Positions 1 through 8,122 of a stretch of DNA of 64,000 nt are shown one piece after another. Made by a program: the position numbers and the translations under genes. Position 1 is the stretch's first letter; every line of letters starts with the position of its first letter. The notes under the pieces were generated by a model. That model was given only the letters and a program-made list of their open reading frames with translations, was not told the origin of the DNA and made no database searches. The DNA comes from Oscillospiraceae bacterium (GTDB lineage: Bacteria; Bacillota; Clostridia; Oscillospirales; UBA929): contig JAIRUW010000031.1 of the NCBI GenBank assembly GCA_031254195.1, positions 29,922 through 93,921 on the forward strand, in the 5' to 3' direction.

Positions 1-585
1 ATGATTTTGGAGGACGACCCGTACCGCGAACTGCGCTATGACGGAGAGGACGTCCCCGCTATCAAATCCTTGGATACCGAAGGCCGCGTGATTTACGCGG
101 GCAGCTTTTCCAAGATTATCGCCCCCGGCATCCGGCTGGGGTTTGCGTTGGCCCCCGCGCCGCTGATCGCCAAGATGACTGCCGCCAAGCAGGTGAGCGA
201 CGTGCATTCCAACCTATTTTTCCAGATTCTCGTCGAGCGCTATATGGCGCGGCATGACCTTGACGCGCATATCGCCCGCTGCCGCGCGCTGTATAAAACG
301 CGGCGCGACTGTATGGACGCCGCGTTGAAACGGCATTTGCCGGACGCGGAGTGGATCGTGCCGGAGGGCGGCCTGTTTATCTGGGTCAAACTGCCGGATG
401 GGATGGACGGAACGGATTTCTGCCGCAGGGCGAAGGAGCGGAAGGTCATGGCAGTGCCCGGAAGCGCGTTTTTATGCGATGAGGAAGGGGTTTCCGGCGC
501 GATACGGCTGAATTTCTCACTCCCGTCGCTGGAACAGATCGAAACAGGCGTCGCCCGCCTGGGCGAGACATATAAAGAGAGGTAG
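1..585 (+). CDS. PLP-dependent aminotransferase (class I/II), C-terminal part; 5' end lies outside the window
   Basis: The translation contains the 'GSFSKIIAPGIRLG' PLP-lysine region and a fold-type I C-terminal domain pattern. The ORF is open from base 1. Confidence 0.7.
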   Translation: MILEDDPYRELRYDGEDVPAIKSLDTEGRVIYAGSFSKIIAPGIRLGFALAPAPLIAKMTAAKQVSDVHSNLFFQILVERYMARHDLDAHIARCRALYKTRRDCMDAALKRHLPDAEWIVPEGGLFIWVKLPDGMDGTDFCRRAKERKVMAVPGSAFLCDEEGVSGAIRLNFSLPSLEQIETGVARLGETYKER

Positions 586-590
586 CCTTT

Positions 591-1592
591 ATGGATCCGC
601 AAAAGACCGTATTCTCCGGCATCCAGCCGACGGCGGCGCCGCACATCGGCAATTATCTCGGAGCGTTGAAAAATTATGTGGAGCTGAGCAAAATCTACCG
701 GTGCGTATACAGCGTAGTCGATTTGCACTCCATCACCGTGCGGCAAGACCCGGAGGGGCTGCGCCGCCGCGTCCGCGAGCTGTACGCCCTGCTGCTGGCC
801 TGCGGCCCGGAGCCGCGCAATACCGTCCTGTATGTGCAGAGCCATGTGCCGGCCCATGCCGAGCTTTGCTGGATACTCAACAATTTCACCATGTTCGGCG
901 AGCTGAGCCGCATGACGCAGTTTAAGGACAAAAGCGCCAAACACGCCGACAACATCAACGCCGGGCTGTTCACCTACCCCGTCCTGCAAGCCGCCGACAT
1001 CGTTTTGTACGGGGCGGACATCGTACCCATCGGGGAAGACCAGAAACAGCATCTGGAGCTTGCGCGGGACATCGCTATCCGCTTCAACGGCGTTTACGGG
1101 GAGATACTGACCGTGCCGGAACCGCTTATCCCGAAACTGGGCGGACGGATTATGAGCCTAGCCGACCCTTCGCACAAAATGGACAAGTCCGACCCCAACC
1201 CGGCCGGGGTTCTTTCCATGCTGGACGACAGGGATGCAATCATTAAAAAATGCAAGCGCGCCGTCACCGACTCCGGCGCGGAGGTGCGGTATGACCCAGT
1301 GGAAAAACCCGGTGTTTCCAACCTGATGACCATTTACGGCCTGTGCGTCGGCAAGGACATGCAAGCCGTGGAGAAAGAGTTTGCCGGGCAGGGCTACGGG
1401 GCTTTCAAAACCGCCGTAGGAGAAGCCGCCGACAGCGTCCTGTCCCCCATCCGCGCCAAAGCCGCGGAATATATCCAAACCCCCGCGCACCTCGATAAAC
1501 TGATGGCGGAGGAAGCCGGTCGTGCCGAGGCCATTGCCGAACCCGTATTGCGGAGGGTACGCGACGCAATCGGGTTTTTACCTAGGAAATAA
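591..1592 (+). CDS. trpS: Tryptophan--tRNA ligase
   Basis: 333 aa. It has 'FSGIQPT..PHIGNYLGA' (HIGH-like) and 'KMDKSDPN' (KMSKS-like) class I motifs in the TrpRS arrangement. Confidence 0.93.
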   Translation: MDPQKTVFSGIQPTAAPHIGNYLGALKNYVELSKIYRCVYSVVDLHSITVRQDPEGLRRRVRELYALLLACGPEPRNTVLYVQSHVPAHAELCWILNNFTMFGELSRMTQFKDKSAKHADNINAGLFTYPVLQAADIVLYGADIVPIGEDQKQHLELARDIAIRFNGVYGEILTVPEPLIPKLGGRIMSLADPSHKMDKSDPNPAGVLSMLDDRDAIIKKCKRAVTDSGAEVRYDPVEKPGVSNLMTIYGLCVGKDMQAVEKEFAGQGYGAFKTAVGEAADSVLSPIRAKAAEYIQTPAHLDKLMAEEAGRAEAIAEPVLRRVRDAIGFLPRK

Positions 1593-1604
1593 AGGGGCGA
1601 CAAT

Positions 1605-2744
1605 ATGCCACAACAATCACAATTTCTGTCGGACCCGGAGCTTTTTCTGCCCGTATGGTTTGCCTTAGCGGCGGCTGTAATCGTCTCCTTCGCGGTCACG
1701 CCGCTGGTGCGGATGCTGGCCCGCAAGGTGGGCGCGATTGACGACCCCAGCCGGGACGACCGCAGGATGCACAGCGCTCCGATCCCGCGTTTGGGCGGGC
1801 TTGCCATCTTTACCGGCTTTATGGCCGCGTTTCTGGTGTTTGGGGCGGGGCAGCTGGATAAAACCGTCACCGGGATTCTGATCGGCGCGGTCATCATCGT
1901 CGTGGTGGGCGCGGTGGACGATACCCTTACGCTGCCGTGGTGGGGCAAACTCATCGGGCAGTTGGCGGCGGCGGCGATTCCTGTCGCCTTCGGATTGCGC
2001 GCGGAGATATTTACCAACCCCAATATATTCTCTGAGGGGAATACCATCACCCTCGGCATTTTAAGCATTCCTGTCACCATCCTTTGGATCATCGGCATCA
2101 CCAACGCCGTCAATCTTATCGACGGGCTGGACGGCCTTGCCGTCGGTGTCTCCGGCATTGCGTCCCTTTCCATGCTCTTAATCGCCATCGCCACCGGCAA
2201 CCCGGCGGCGGCGTTGCTGACCGCAGCGCTGACCGGCGGCTGTCTTGGCTTTTTGCCATATAATTTCAATCCCGCGCGGCTCTTTATGGGCGATTCAGGC
2301 GCGCTGTTTTTGGGGTACATCCTCTCCTGCGCGTCAATCCTTGGCCTCTTCAAATTTTACGCCGTCATTTCGTTTGCCGTACCCTTCCTCATCCTCGGCC
2401 TGCCCATCTTCGATACGGCGGCGGCGTTTTTCAGAAGGATCGCCAAAAAACAAAACCCGCTGTCCACCGGCGACCGCGGGCATGTCCACCACCGCCTGAT
2501 TGACATGGGCTTCTCGCAGAAGCAGGCCGTCGCCATACTATACAGCGTCTCCGCCATACTGGGGTTTTCGGCGGTGGTGCTGACCACCTCGGGCGAGCTG
2601 CGGGTTCTGATCCTGCTGCTCGCGGTGCTGGCCGTCAGCGCTGTGTATATCGGCATCGTCAACAAAAACAACCGCAAGCCGGAGGCGCGGGAGGACGGGG
2701 ATGGTGAGGACGATGAGGACACGCCGGAGGAGACGGAAGAGTAA
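1605..2744 (+). CDS. Polyprenyl-phosphate N-acetylhexosamine-1-phosphate transferase (MraY/WecA/TagO family, glycosyltransferase family 4)
   Basis: 379 aa and polytopic. It has 'VGAVDDTLTLP', 'NAVNLIDGLDGLA' and 'FMGDSGALFLGY' motifs, and an acidic C-terminal tail. Confidence 0.85.
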   Translation: MPQQSQFLSDPELFLPVWFALAAAVIVSFAVTPLVRMLARKVGAIDDPSRDDRRMHSAPIPRLGGLAIFTGFMAAFLVFGAGQLDKTVTGILIGAVIIVVVGAVDDTLTLPWWGKLIGQLAAAAIPVAFGLRAEIFTNPNIFSEGNTITLGILSIPVTILWIIGITNAVNLIDGLDGLAVGVSGIASLSMLLIAIATGNPAAALLTAALTGGCLGFLPYNFNPARLFMGDSGALFLGYILSCASILGLFKFYAVISFAVPFLILGLPIFDTAAAFFRRIAKKQNPLSTGDRGHVHHRLIDMGFSQKQAVAILYSVSAILGFSAVVLTTSGELRVLILLLAVLAVSAVYIGIVNKNNRKPEAREDGDGEDDEDTPEETEE

Positions 2745-3097
2745 CGCGCAAGAGTAGCGCGCAAGAGGAACGGATACCTTAGGGGTCACCATCGAACCCC
2801 CTGTCTATGCGAGTTCGTAACAGTAAAAACCCTTGTGGTTCAAGCTGTTTGCAAGGTTGCAAGGACAGGGATTATTCATGTCCAGAAAATGATATTTGCA
2901 GAGACATTGCCATTTTTGCGGAAGAAGAAAGGCTGCAAGCGTTGCAATCACAGGAAATATTGGTGGACAGGAGTTCGGTTCCCCTCAATGCAATATTTCG
3001 TTACCGCCAAAACACCTGTTGGATGGGGTGGGGAGAGGGTAGCGGTGAGTGAGGGTTGTCATGATTGAGAACGACACCCACCAGACTGAAAAAGCGG

Positions 3098-3126
3098 TTG
3101 TCTGATGGCGCTGCCTGTGCTATACT
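3098..3126 (+). promoter_or_regulatory. Putative sigma-70-type promoter (TTGTCT-17 nt-TATACT with upstream TG)
   Basis: -35 TTGTCT lies at 3098-3103 and the extended -10 TGcTATACT at 3118-3126. This is about 30 nt upstream of the 3154 ORF. Confidence 0.45.
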
Positions 3127-3153
3127 GGCTGTGTTGGGATTTGCTTCAGGGAG

Positions 3154-4011
3154 TTGATAATTATGATGAAGCGAATAATTTCATTTCTTTTTGCTACAGT
3201 AGTTCTTGTTTTTGCTTTCCCGCTCACGGCTTCTGCTGACTTAGGGCCAAAATCAACGTTAACAATAATCGTAAAAAACCCGCCATCCGAAGCGTATTAC
3301 CTCGATTTATTAGTTACCAACATTTCTTACCGTTACGAAGATGACCCTATGACTATGCCTGATACTAATGATAAAAGGGTGCAAGGGCTTTACAGCTATA
3401 TCGAAGAAGGTTGGTATCCCGCACTATATAGTCATATTCCATATACTCGCGGTGATTTGACTGGAACATCATCTGCGGGGGTCATGCAACACAATTTCCT
3501 CATGGCTCCAGCTGAGTTCAAAATTATCATCGTTACTCAAAGCGGCGAAGTAATTGTTTCCGATATTATCACTAGAAACAAGTTTTTTAGCGAGATAGTT
3601 TATAATGTTCAAACCGGAAAGGCGAGTGAAAATACGGTCGATGGTTTCGCACAGTTTCCTTTCACGCTTGCGGCAACACTGGTTATCGAGGGTTTATTGC
3701 TGTTATTGTTTAGGTTCAAGCTGCGTGACAACTGGAAGCCGTTTCTGCTCGTAAACGCCGGGACTCAGGCGTTTCTATATTTTTCACTAATGGGTATATC
3801 CGCTAGCAGTGCCATCTTTGCGATTTTAGCACAACCGTTGTTGGAGATAGCAATAATTGCGATTGAGTGCGCTATATACGCAAAAACGCTCAAAGGGCAA
3901 AGTCGCGGGCGTATAATCTCCTATGCAGTTATAGCTAATCTGGCAAGCTGGTTTTTCGGATGGCTTTTGCAAGCAATGGTCTTGTCAGTCTTTAACCGAA
4001 TTTTCATATAG
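3154..4011 (+). CDS. Hypothetical secreted/membrane protein: signal peptide, ~170 aa extracytoplasmic domain, C-terminal multi-TM region
   Basis: 285 aa with an N-terminal 'FLFATVVLVFAFPLTASA' signal sequence and four hydrophobic C-terminal segments. It is markedly AT-richer than its neighbours. I recognise no family. The true start may be the ATG at 3163. Confidence 0.6.
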   Translation: MIIMMKRIISFLFATVVLVFAFPLTASADLGPKSTLTIIVKNPPSEAYYLDLLVTNISYRYEDDPMTMPDTNDKRVQGLYSYIEEGWYPALYSHIPYTRGDLTGTSSAGVMQHNFLMAPAEFKIIIVTQSGEVIVSDIITRNKFFSEIVYNVQTGKASENTVDGFAQFPFTLAATLVIEGLLLLLFRFKLRDNWKPFLLVNAGTQAFLYFSLMGISASSAIFAILAQPLLEIAIIAIECAIYAKTLKGQSRGRIISYAVIANLASWFFGWLLQAMVLSVFNRIFI

Positions 4012-4252
4012 CATACCTGCAAAATCCCCATAATTTCTCTCTGCTCCAGAGCTGATGGAGAATACTTTGCGTGTTTTTCCGACCATCTATTTGCGTTGTT
4101 AAAACAGACATGTAAAACGTAGAATTCGCAAGGGATACATAGTCACATGGCAGGGGGTTTGGAGGTAATGACTAGGGTACCCGTTTTTTGACGTTTGCCC
4201 GTAAACGACGGCTCAACCGCCGTTTGAAACCTGTGGAATCTCAAACGCGCGG

Positions 4253-4264
4253 GGATTGCAATCC
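4253..4264. promoter_or_regulatory. Perfect 12-bp palindrome GGATTGCAATCC overlapping the putative -35 of the XRE-family gene; candidate operator
   Basis: The palindrome was read directly. TTGCAA lies at 4256-4261, TACTAT at 4281-4286, and the SD GAGGTG at 4291-4296. Confidence 0.4.
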
Positions 4265-4305
4265 GGCCGCGCAAGGCGCATACTATCCTTGAGGTGATGA
4301 TTGCC

Positions 4306-5127
4306 ATGCGCGAGATGTTAGCGGGGAACATATCCCGGTACAGGAAAGGTTTAGGCTTGACACAAGAGGCACTGGCCGATAAACTGGGGGTGACCTTTCA
4401 GGCCGTCAGCAAGTGGGAAACGGGGCAGACCATGCCGGACACGGCCCTGCTCCCGGAGCTTGCGCGGGCGCTGCGGGTGAGCGTTGACAAGCTGTTTGGG
4501 TATGCCGCCTATCACAGCGGGACGACATTTTATGAAAACGCATACCGCGGTGACGAGGGGTATTATTGGGGCGTTGCGCCGTCTCAGATGTGCCTGAAAG
4601 TCCTATCGCTCCTTCCACCCGGAAAGCAGCTAAAGGTTTTAGACATCGGCTGCGGAGAAGGGCAGAATGCCGTTTTTTTCGCGCGGTGCGGGTATGATGT
4701 GAGCGCGTTTGACATATCCGTCGCCGGCCTGGAAAAAGCCAAGCGCCTCGCCGGCGAGGCGGGCGTCCATGTCAACTTTTTCAAGGCGGATGTATGGGAC
4801 TACAGGCTGGATATGAATGTTGATGTGCTCTTCTCCAGCGGCGTTCTGCACTGTATCAAACCGGAACTGCGGGACGAGATTATGGCGAACTATAAAGCCC
4901 ATGTGAGCGAAAGGGGCATCGCGGCGCTTCAGGCGTTTGTGGAGAAGCCGTTTATCGCCGCCCCGCCTGAACGGGAAGAGCATCACTACCCCTTCCGGTC
5001 CGGCCAGTTATTCACCTATTTTCACGACTGGCACATCGAAAACTGCGAGGAGCGGATCTTCGACTGCGATTCGTCCGGCGTGCCTCACCGGCACGCGGAC
5101 AACCTGTTATTTGCGCGAAAGGTGTGA
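4306..5127 (+). CDS. XRE-family HTH domain fused to a class I SAM-dependent methyltransferase (TehB-like)
   Basis: The HTH is 'LGLTQEALADKLGVTFQAVSKWETG'. The SAM motif I is 'VLDIGCGEGQNAVFFA', followed by 'DVLFSSGVLH'. The ORF track starts at GTG 4294, but ATG 4306 sits 9 nt after the SD. Confidence 0.8.
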   Translation: MREMLAGNISRYRKGLGLTQEALADKLGVTFQAVSKWETGQTMPDTALLPELARALRVSVDKLFGYAAYHSGTTFYENAYRGDEGYYWGVAPSQMCLKVLSLLPPGKQLKVLDIGCGEGQNAVFFARCGYDVSAFDISVAGLEKAKRLAGEAGVHVNFFKADVWDYRLDMNVDVLFSSGVLHCIKPELRDEIMANYKAHVSERGIAALQAFVEKPFIAAPPEREEHHYPFRSGQLFTYFHDWHIENCEERIFDCDSSGVPHRHADNLLFARKV

Positions 5128-5140
5128 GCCTGTGATCAAG

Positions 5141-6613
5141 ATGATCGCCACCGACTTGGACGGTACATTGCTGCGCGACGATAAAACCGTGTCGAAACGC
5201 ACGGAGGATGTGCTGCGCCACTGCCGGGACGCGGGGATCAAGGTCGTCTTTGCGACCGGGCGGAGCGGCAGCGCAACACGGCTGGTCCCTGACGGGCTCT
5301 TTGACGGGTATGCCGTCAATAACGGCGCCGCGGCTATGGATGGCGGGGAAATGATATATAAGCGTTTCGTCCCATATGAAACAGCCCGCCCGCTGCTGAC
5401 GGCTTGTGACCGGCATGGCCTGAAAGCCGGGACGCAGCTGGACGGATGGCACTATACCAACTTTGACATATCCGAAGTTTGGCCGCATATCACTGAATAT
5501 AAGATGGTGGATTTCTCGACGCATGAGCTGGACGGCGAAAAGCTCTATATCGAGGATTGCGGCTCTGAGGAGACGACGTTTGTGGAGGCGCGCCTGCCGC
5601 AAGACCTCTATCTCACCGTCAGCCGTGACAAATTAGGGCAAGTCATGCACAAAGACGCGACAAAATCCAAAGCCGTCGCCGAACTTGCGCGGCATTGGGG
5701 GATCGCGCGGGAGGAAATCGTCGCGTTCGGCGACGACCTCAACGATCTCGACATGCTCTCGTACGCGGGCACCGGCGTGGCGATGGGTAACGCGCTGGAC
5801 AAGGTGAAAACCGCCGCGGACGACATATGCCTGAGCAATGAGGAGGACGGGCTGGCGGACTGGCTGCTGAAAAAGCTCGCGTCGGTAGTCGGCGCAGAGA
5901 AAAAAGGCGTGCTCATCTGCGAACAGCGCGACGCGGTCGCCGGGGCTGTCCTTTCGACGGTCAAGAGCCTAAATGTCCGCTGCAAGCTGGTGACGGCTGA
6001 AACCGGGCTTTACACGGAAATGAAGAGCGGGGATTGGTCGCACATCTTCGCCGCGCCCTCCCTTTTTGATAACCTTCAAATCCTGGCCCCAAGGCTGAAC
6101 CCGGAGACCAAGCTCGTCCTGCTCGCGAGCCCTGGAGAGCTAGGCAGCCATCATGCCCTGAGCGCCATCACCGTGCCCGTAAACCCCATATCGGTCGCCA
6201 ATGTACTGAACGGGACATTGATCGGCACACAAAAACCCGTCCCGGCAGAACCGGACGGGCAAGAAAAGATTATGGCAATCGAGGGGCTGGACGTCCAAAA
6301 AGGCCTTGCCGTGATGGGAGGCTCTGTAGAAAAATACAAATATATACTCTCTGTTTTCGTGCAGGACGCGTTTGAGAAAGCCGGCAAACTCAAAGCGAGC
6401 CTCGATGGAGAAGATCTGACTTTATATGCGACACATGCCCACGCGCTGAAAAGCGCGGCAGGGTATATCGGCGCGGGGGAACTGTCCGAGGCCGCAGACG
6501 GGCTGGAGAGGGCCGGCAAGCGTCAGGATATGGCGTTCATCGAGGGGCATAACGCCGCGTTTATCGAAGCGCTGGAGGAAATGCTGGGGCGTATCAGCAA
6601 GGCTGTAAAATAG
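5141..6613 (+). CDS. Cof-type HAD-IIB phosphatase fused to a receiver-like (degenerate) segment and a C-terminal Hpt histidine-phosphotransfer domain
   Basis: The HAD motifs are 'DLDGTLL', 'FATGRS', 'KSKAV' and 'FGDDLNDLDM'. The C-terminus has 'YATHAHALKSAAGYIGAGEL', the Hpt H-x-x-K-G/S signature. The ORF-track N-terminus (4937) is an out-of-frame overlap with the upstream gene. The real start is GTG 5132 or ATG 5141, after the SD AAGGTG. Confidence 0.75.
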   Translation: MIATDLDGTLLRDDKTVSKRTEDVLRHCRDAGIKVVFATGRSGSATRLVPDGLFDGYAVNNGAAAMDGGEMIYKRFVPYETARPLLTACDRHGLKAGTQLDGWHYTNFDISEVWPHITEYKMVDFSTHELDGEKLYIEDCGSEETTFVEARLPQDLYLTVSRDKLGQVMHKDATKSKAVAELARHWGIAREEIVAFGDDLNDLDMLSYAGTGVAMGNALDKVKTAADDICLSNEEDGLADWLLKKLASVVGAEKKGVLICEQRDAVAGAVLSTVKSLNVRCKLVTAETGLYTEMKSGDWSHIFAAPSLFDNLQILAPRLNPETKLVLLASPGELGSHHALSAITVPVNPISVANVLNGTLIGTQKPVPAEPDGQEKIMAIEGLDVQKGLAVMGGSVEKYKYILSVFVQDAFEKAGKLKASLDGEDLTLYATHAHALKSAAGYIGAGELSEAADGLERAGKRQDMAFIEGHNAAFIEALEEMLGRISKAVK

Positions 6614-6672
6614 GGGCGTCTGTCTGTTGGCCTCACGCATGTTGCGGAGTCTTCTTGGTTTGCATAATGGCT

Positions 6673-7350
6673 TTATGCGTTGATAAAACGCATTATATCG
6701 CGGCATATATCATCCCTGACGCCGCTGTCCTCCAGGAATATCAAATGACAGCCGCCCTCATAGACCTTACATTCCGCGCTTTCTCCGATACCCGCATGGA
6801 TATACCTGGCGCTTTTAGGACGCACACTTTCATCGTCCACGCATTGAAGAATCAAAGATGGCTTTTTTACATTGCGGAGCAGTTTTTTCGATTTGGATAA
6901 GACATTCAGGAAATCTATATTTGTTTTCAGGGAACTCCTCATGGCGGCTTTTTGATAAAACCGCATCTTTTCAAACCGCCTGTGCTTAAGGCTGTTTAAC
7001 ACGTCCCTTAGAATGATTTTCATATTCCAAAAGTAAATAGGAGCATTGACAAGCACCAATTTCTGTACTTCCGGCATTCCCGCAAAATGCAAGCAAATCA
7101 GCCCGCCCATCGAAAAGCCGAGCAGTACGATATGCCGGAATTCATTTGCAAGCTCCTCGACTGTATTTTCCACAGAATATATCCAGTCGGTATATGCAGT
7201 TTTCCTTAAATCCTTCTTAGTTCCCCCGTGCCCGCTCAGCAGAACAGCTCTTACATCCAGCCCTTCGGACCGTAGAAACTCCGTCAAATATTCAGTCTCA
7301 TGTAAACCGCCCGCGAACCCGTGGATGATCAAATATACGGTATCCTTCAT
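6673..7350 (-). CDS. Alpha/beta hydrolase (carboxylesterase/lipase-like)
   Basis: It has 'LIIHGFAGG' and a nucleophile elbow 'GFSMGG', with C-terminal D/H-containing segments. It is AT-richer than its neighbours. The start is taken at 'MKDTVYLI', abutting the rpe stop. Confidence 0.75.
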   Translation of the reverse strand: MKDTVYLIIHGFAGGLHETEYLTEFLRSEGLDVRAVLLSGHGGTKKDLRKTAYTDWIYSVENTVEELANEFRHIVLLGFSMGGLICLHFAGMPEVQKLVLVNAPIYFWNMKIILRDVLNSLKHRRFEKMRFYQKAAMRSSLKTNIDFLNVLSKSKKLLRNVKKPSLILQCVDDESVRPKSARYIHAGIGESAECKVYEGGCHLIFLEDSGVRDDICRDIMRFINA

Positions 7351-8021
7351 CGTCCCAGCAGCAAGGAAAATTCCTCGCACCGCGCCTCAATATCGGGCGC
7401 GTCAAAGACGGCGCTTCCCGCAATCAATATGTCCACGCCCGCCTCCAGGATGCTCCCGGCGTTATCCAGAGTGACGCCGCCGTCCATTTGAAGCTGTATC
7501 CCGGGGCTTACCCGGTCGATCATGGCCCGCAGAGCGCGGGCACGCTCCAGGCTGCCGGGTAAAAAAGTCTGGCCGCCGTATCCCGGCTCCACCGACATTA
7601 AAAGCACCCTGCCAACCAGCGGGAGGTAAGGCTCAAGCATCTCAAGCGGCGTCTGCGGGCGCAACGAAACGGCGGGGGTTGCCCCCGCTTCCTTTATCTC
7701 CCGCAGCATCTGCGGGATTGGCTCGGAATCCCTGACCTCCACATGCAGAATGACCGACGACGCGCCCGCGTGGAGGAATGGGTCTATAAACCGTGACGGC
7801 TTTTCCACCATCAGATGTACGTCAATGGGCAGCGAGGTGTGTTTGAGCAGTCCGGCGCAGATATGCGGGCCGAACGACAGGTTGGGGACAAAATGCCCGT
7901 CCATCACATCCAGATGCCACATGGCCGCGCCGCCGCGCGCCGCCCGCGCCATCTGTTCCGCCAAGCGGCCGGGGTCGGACGCCAATAGAGAAGGCTCGAG
8001 TATCTTCACCGATTCACACAA
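7347..8021 (-). CDS. rpe: Ribulose-phosphate 3-epimerase
   Basis: 224 aa with 'HLDVMDGHFVPNLSFGP', 'DVHLMV' and 'QMDGGV' motifs. Confidence 0.93.
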   Translation of the reverse strand: MCESVKILEPSLLASDPGRLAEQMARAARGGAAMWHLDVMDGHFVPNLSFGPHICAGLLKHTSLPIDVHLMVEKPSRFIDPFLHAGASSVILHVEVRDSEPIPQMLREIKEAGATPAVSLRPQTPLEMLEPYLPLVGRVLLMSVEPGYGGQTFLPGSLERARALRAMIDRVSPGIQLQMDGGVTLDNAGSILEAGVDILIAGSAVFDAPDIEARCEEFSLLLGR

Positions 8022-8090
8022 GGCTCCCGTCTCTCATAGTATACAATGCGTTGGGGATAGCCGCGCGGTATGGCTTGACGCTGACGATAG

Positions 8091-8118
8091 CAGAAAAACG
8101 GCAAAAGCCGTTTTTCTG
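8091..8118 (-). terminator. Rho-independent terminator downstream of glgP
   Basis: Perfect 12-bp stem CAGAAAAACGGC/GCCGTTTTTCTG with an AAAA loop, T-rich on the - strand. It lies 5 nt after the glgP stop. Confidence 0.7.
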
Positions 8119-8122
8119 CATG

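Noticed and set aside
240-1052. Long antisense or alternative-frame ORFs throughout the window. Examples are 240..1052-, 1394..2353-, 8267..9697+, 10644..11276+, 12466..13266-, 13890..14645-, 15050..15763-, 22080..22943-, 22947..23756-, 24453..25412-, 25592..26545-, 30624..31496-, 32031..32846-, 42649..43536-, 50936..51862-, 59021..59788- and 60250..61002-.
   Set aside because: Their translations are Arg/Pro/Gly/Ala-rich and low in complexity. They lie opposite or out of frame to ORFs with clear family motifs. This is typical of stop-codon-poor frames in GC-rich DNA, and none shows a recognisable motif or SD.
2807-3068. Two overlapping small ORFs (81 aa and 77 aa) in the non-coding stretch upstream of the orphan membrane protein.
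   Set aside because: They have no SD, they overlap each other in different frames, and their odd Cys/Arg/Trp-rich composition looks non-genic. The stretch is treated as non-coding; see the finding on 2745-4293.
3116-3129. An identical 13-mer TGTGCTATACTGG upstream of the orphan membrane gene (3116-3128) and of dnaA (12304-12316). I considered it as a possible shared regulatory site.
   Set aside because: The shared string is essentially an extended -10 element (TGnTATACT) plus two bases. In 64 kb, a 13-mer coincidence at two promoters is not statistically compelling.
4937-5140. N-terminal 68-aa extension of the HAD-Hpt ORF, and similarly 46502..46795 for trmFO, 12286..12351 for dnaA, 48013..48060 for plsX, 55089..55136 for rdgB and 53591..53680 for ftsY.
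   Set aside because: These extensions overlap the preceding genes or promoters in other frames and have implausible composition. Conserved protein N-termini and SD sequences sit at the downstream starts. For dnaA, the TTG at 12286 is the -35 hexamer of the promoter.
6675-6697. Hairpin ATGCGTT-N5-AACGCAT near 6675-6697, considered as a bidirectional terminator.
   Set aside because: It lies inside the 3' end of the alpha/beta-hydrolase coding sequence (encoding '...IMRFINA'), so it cannot be called an independent feature.
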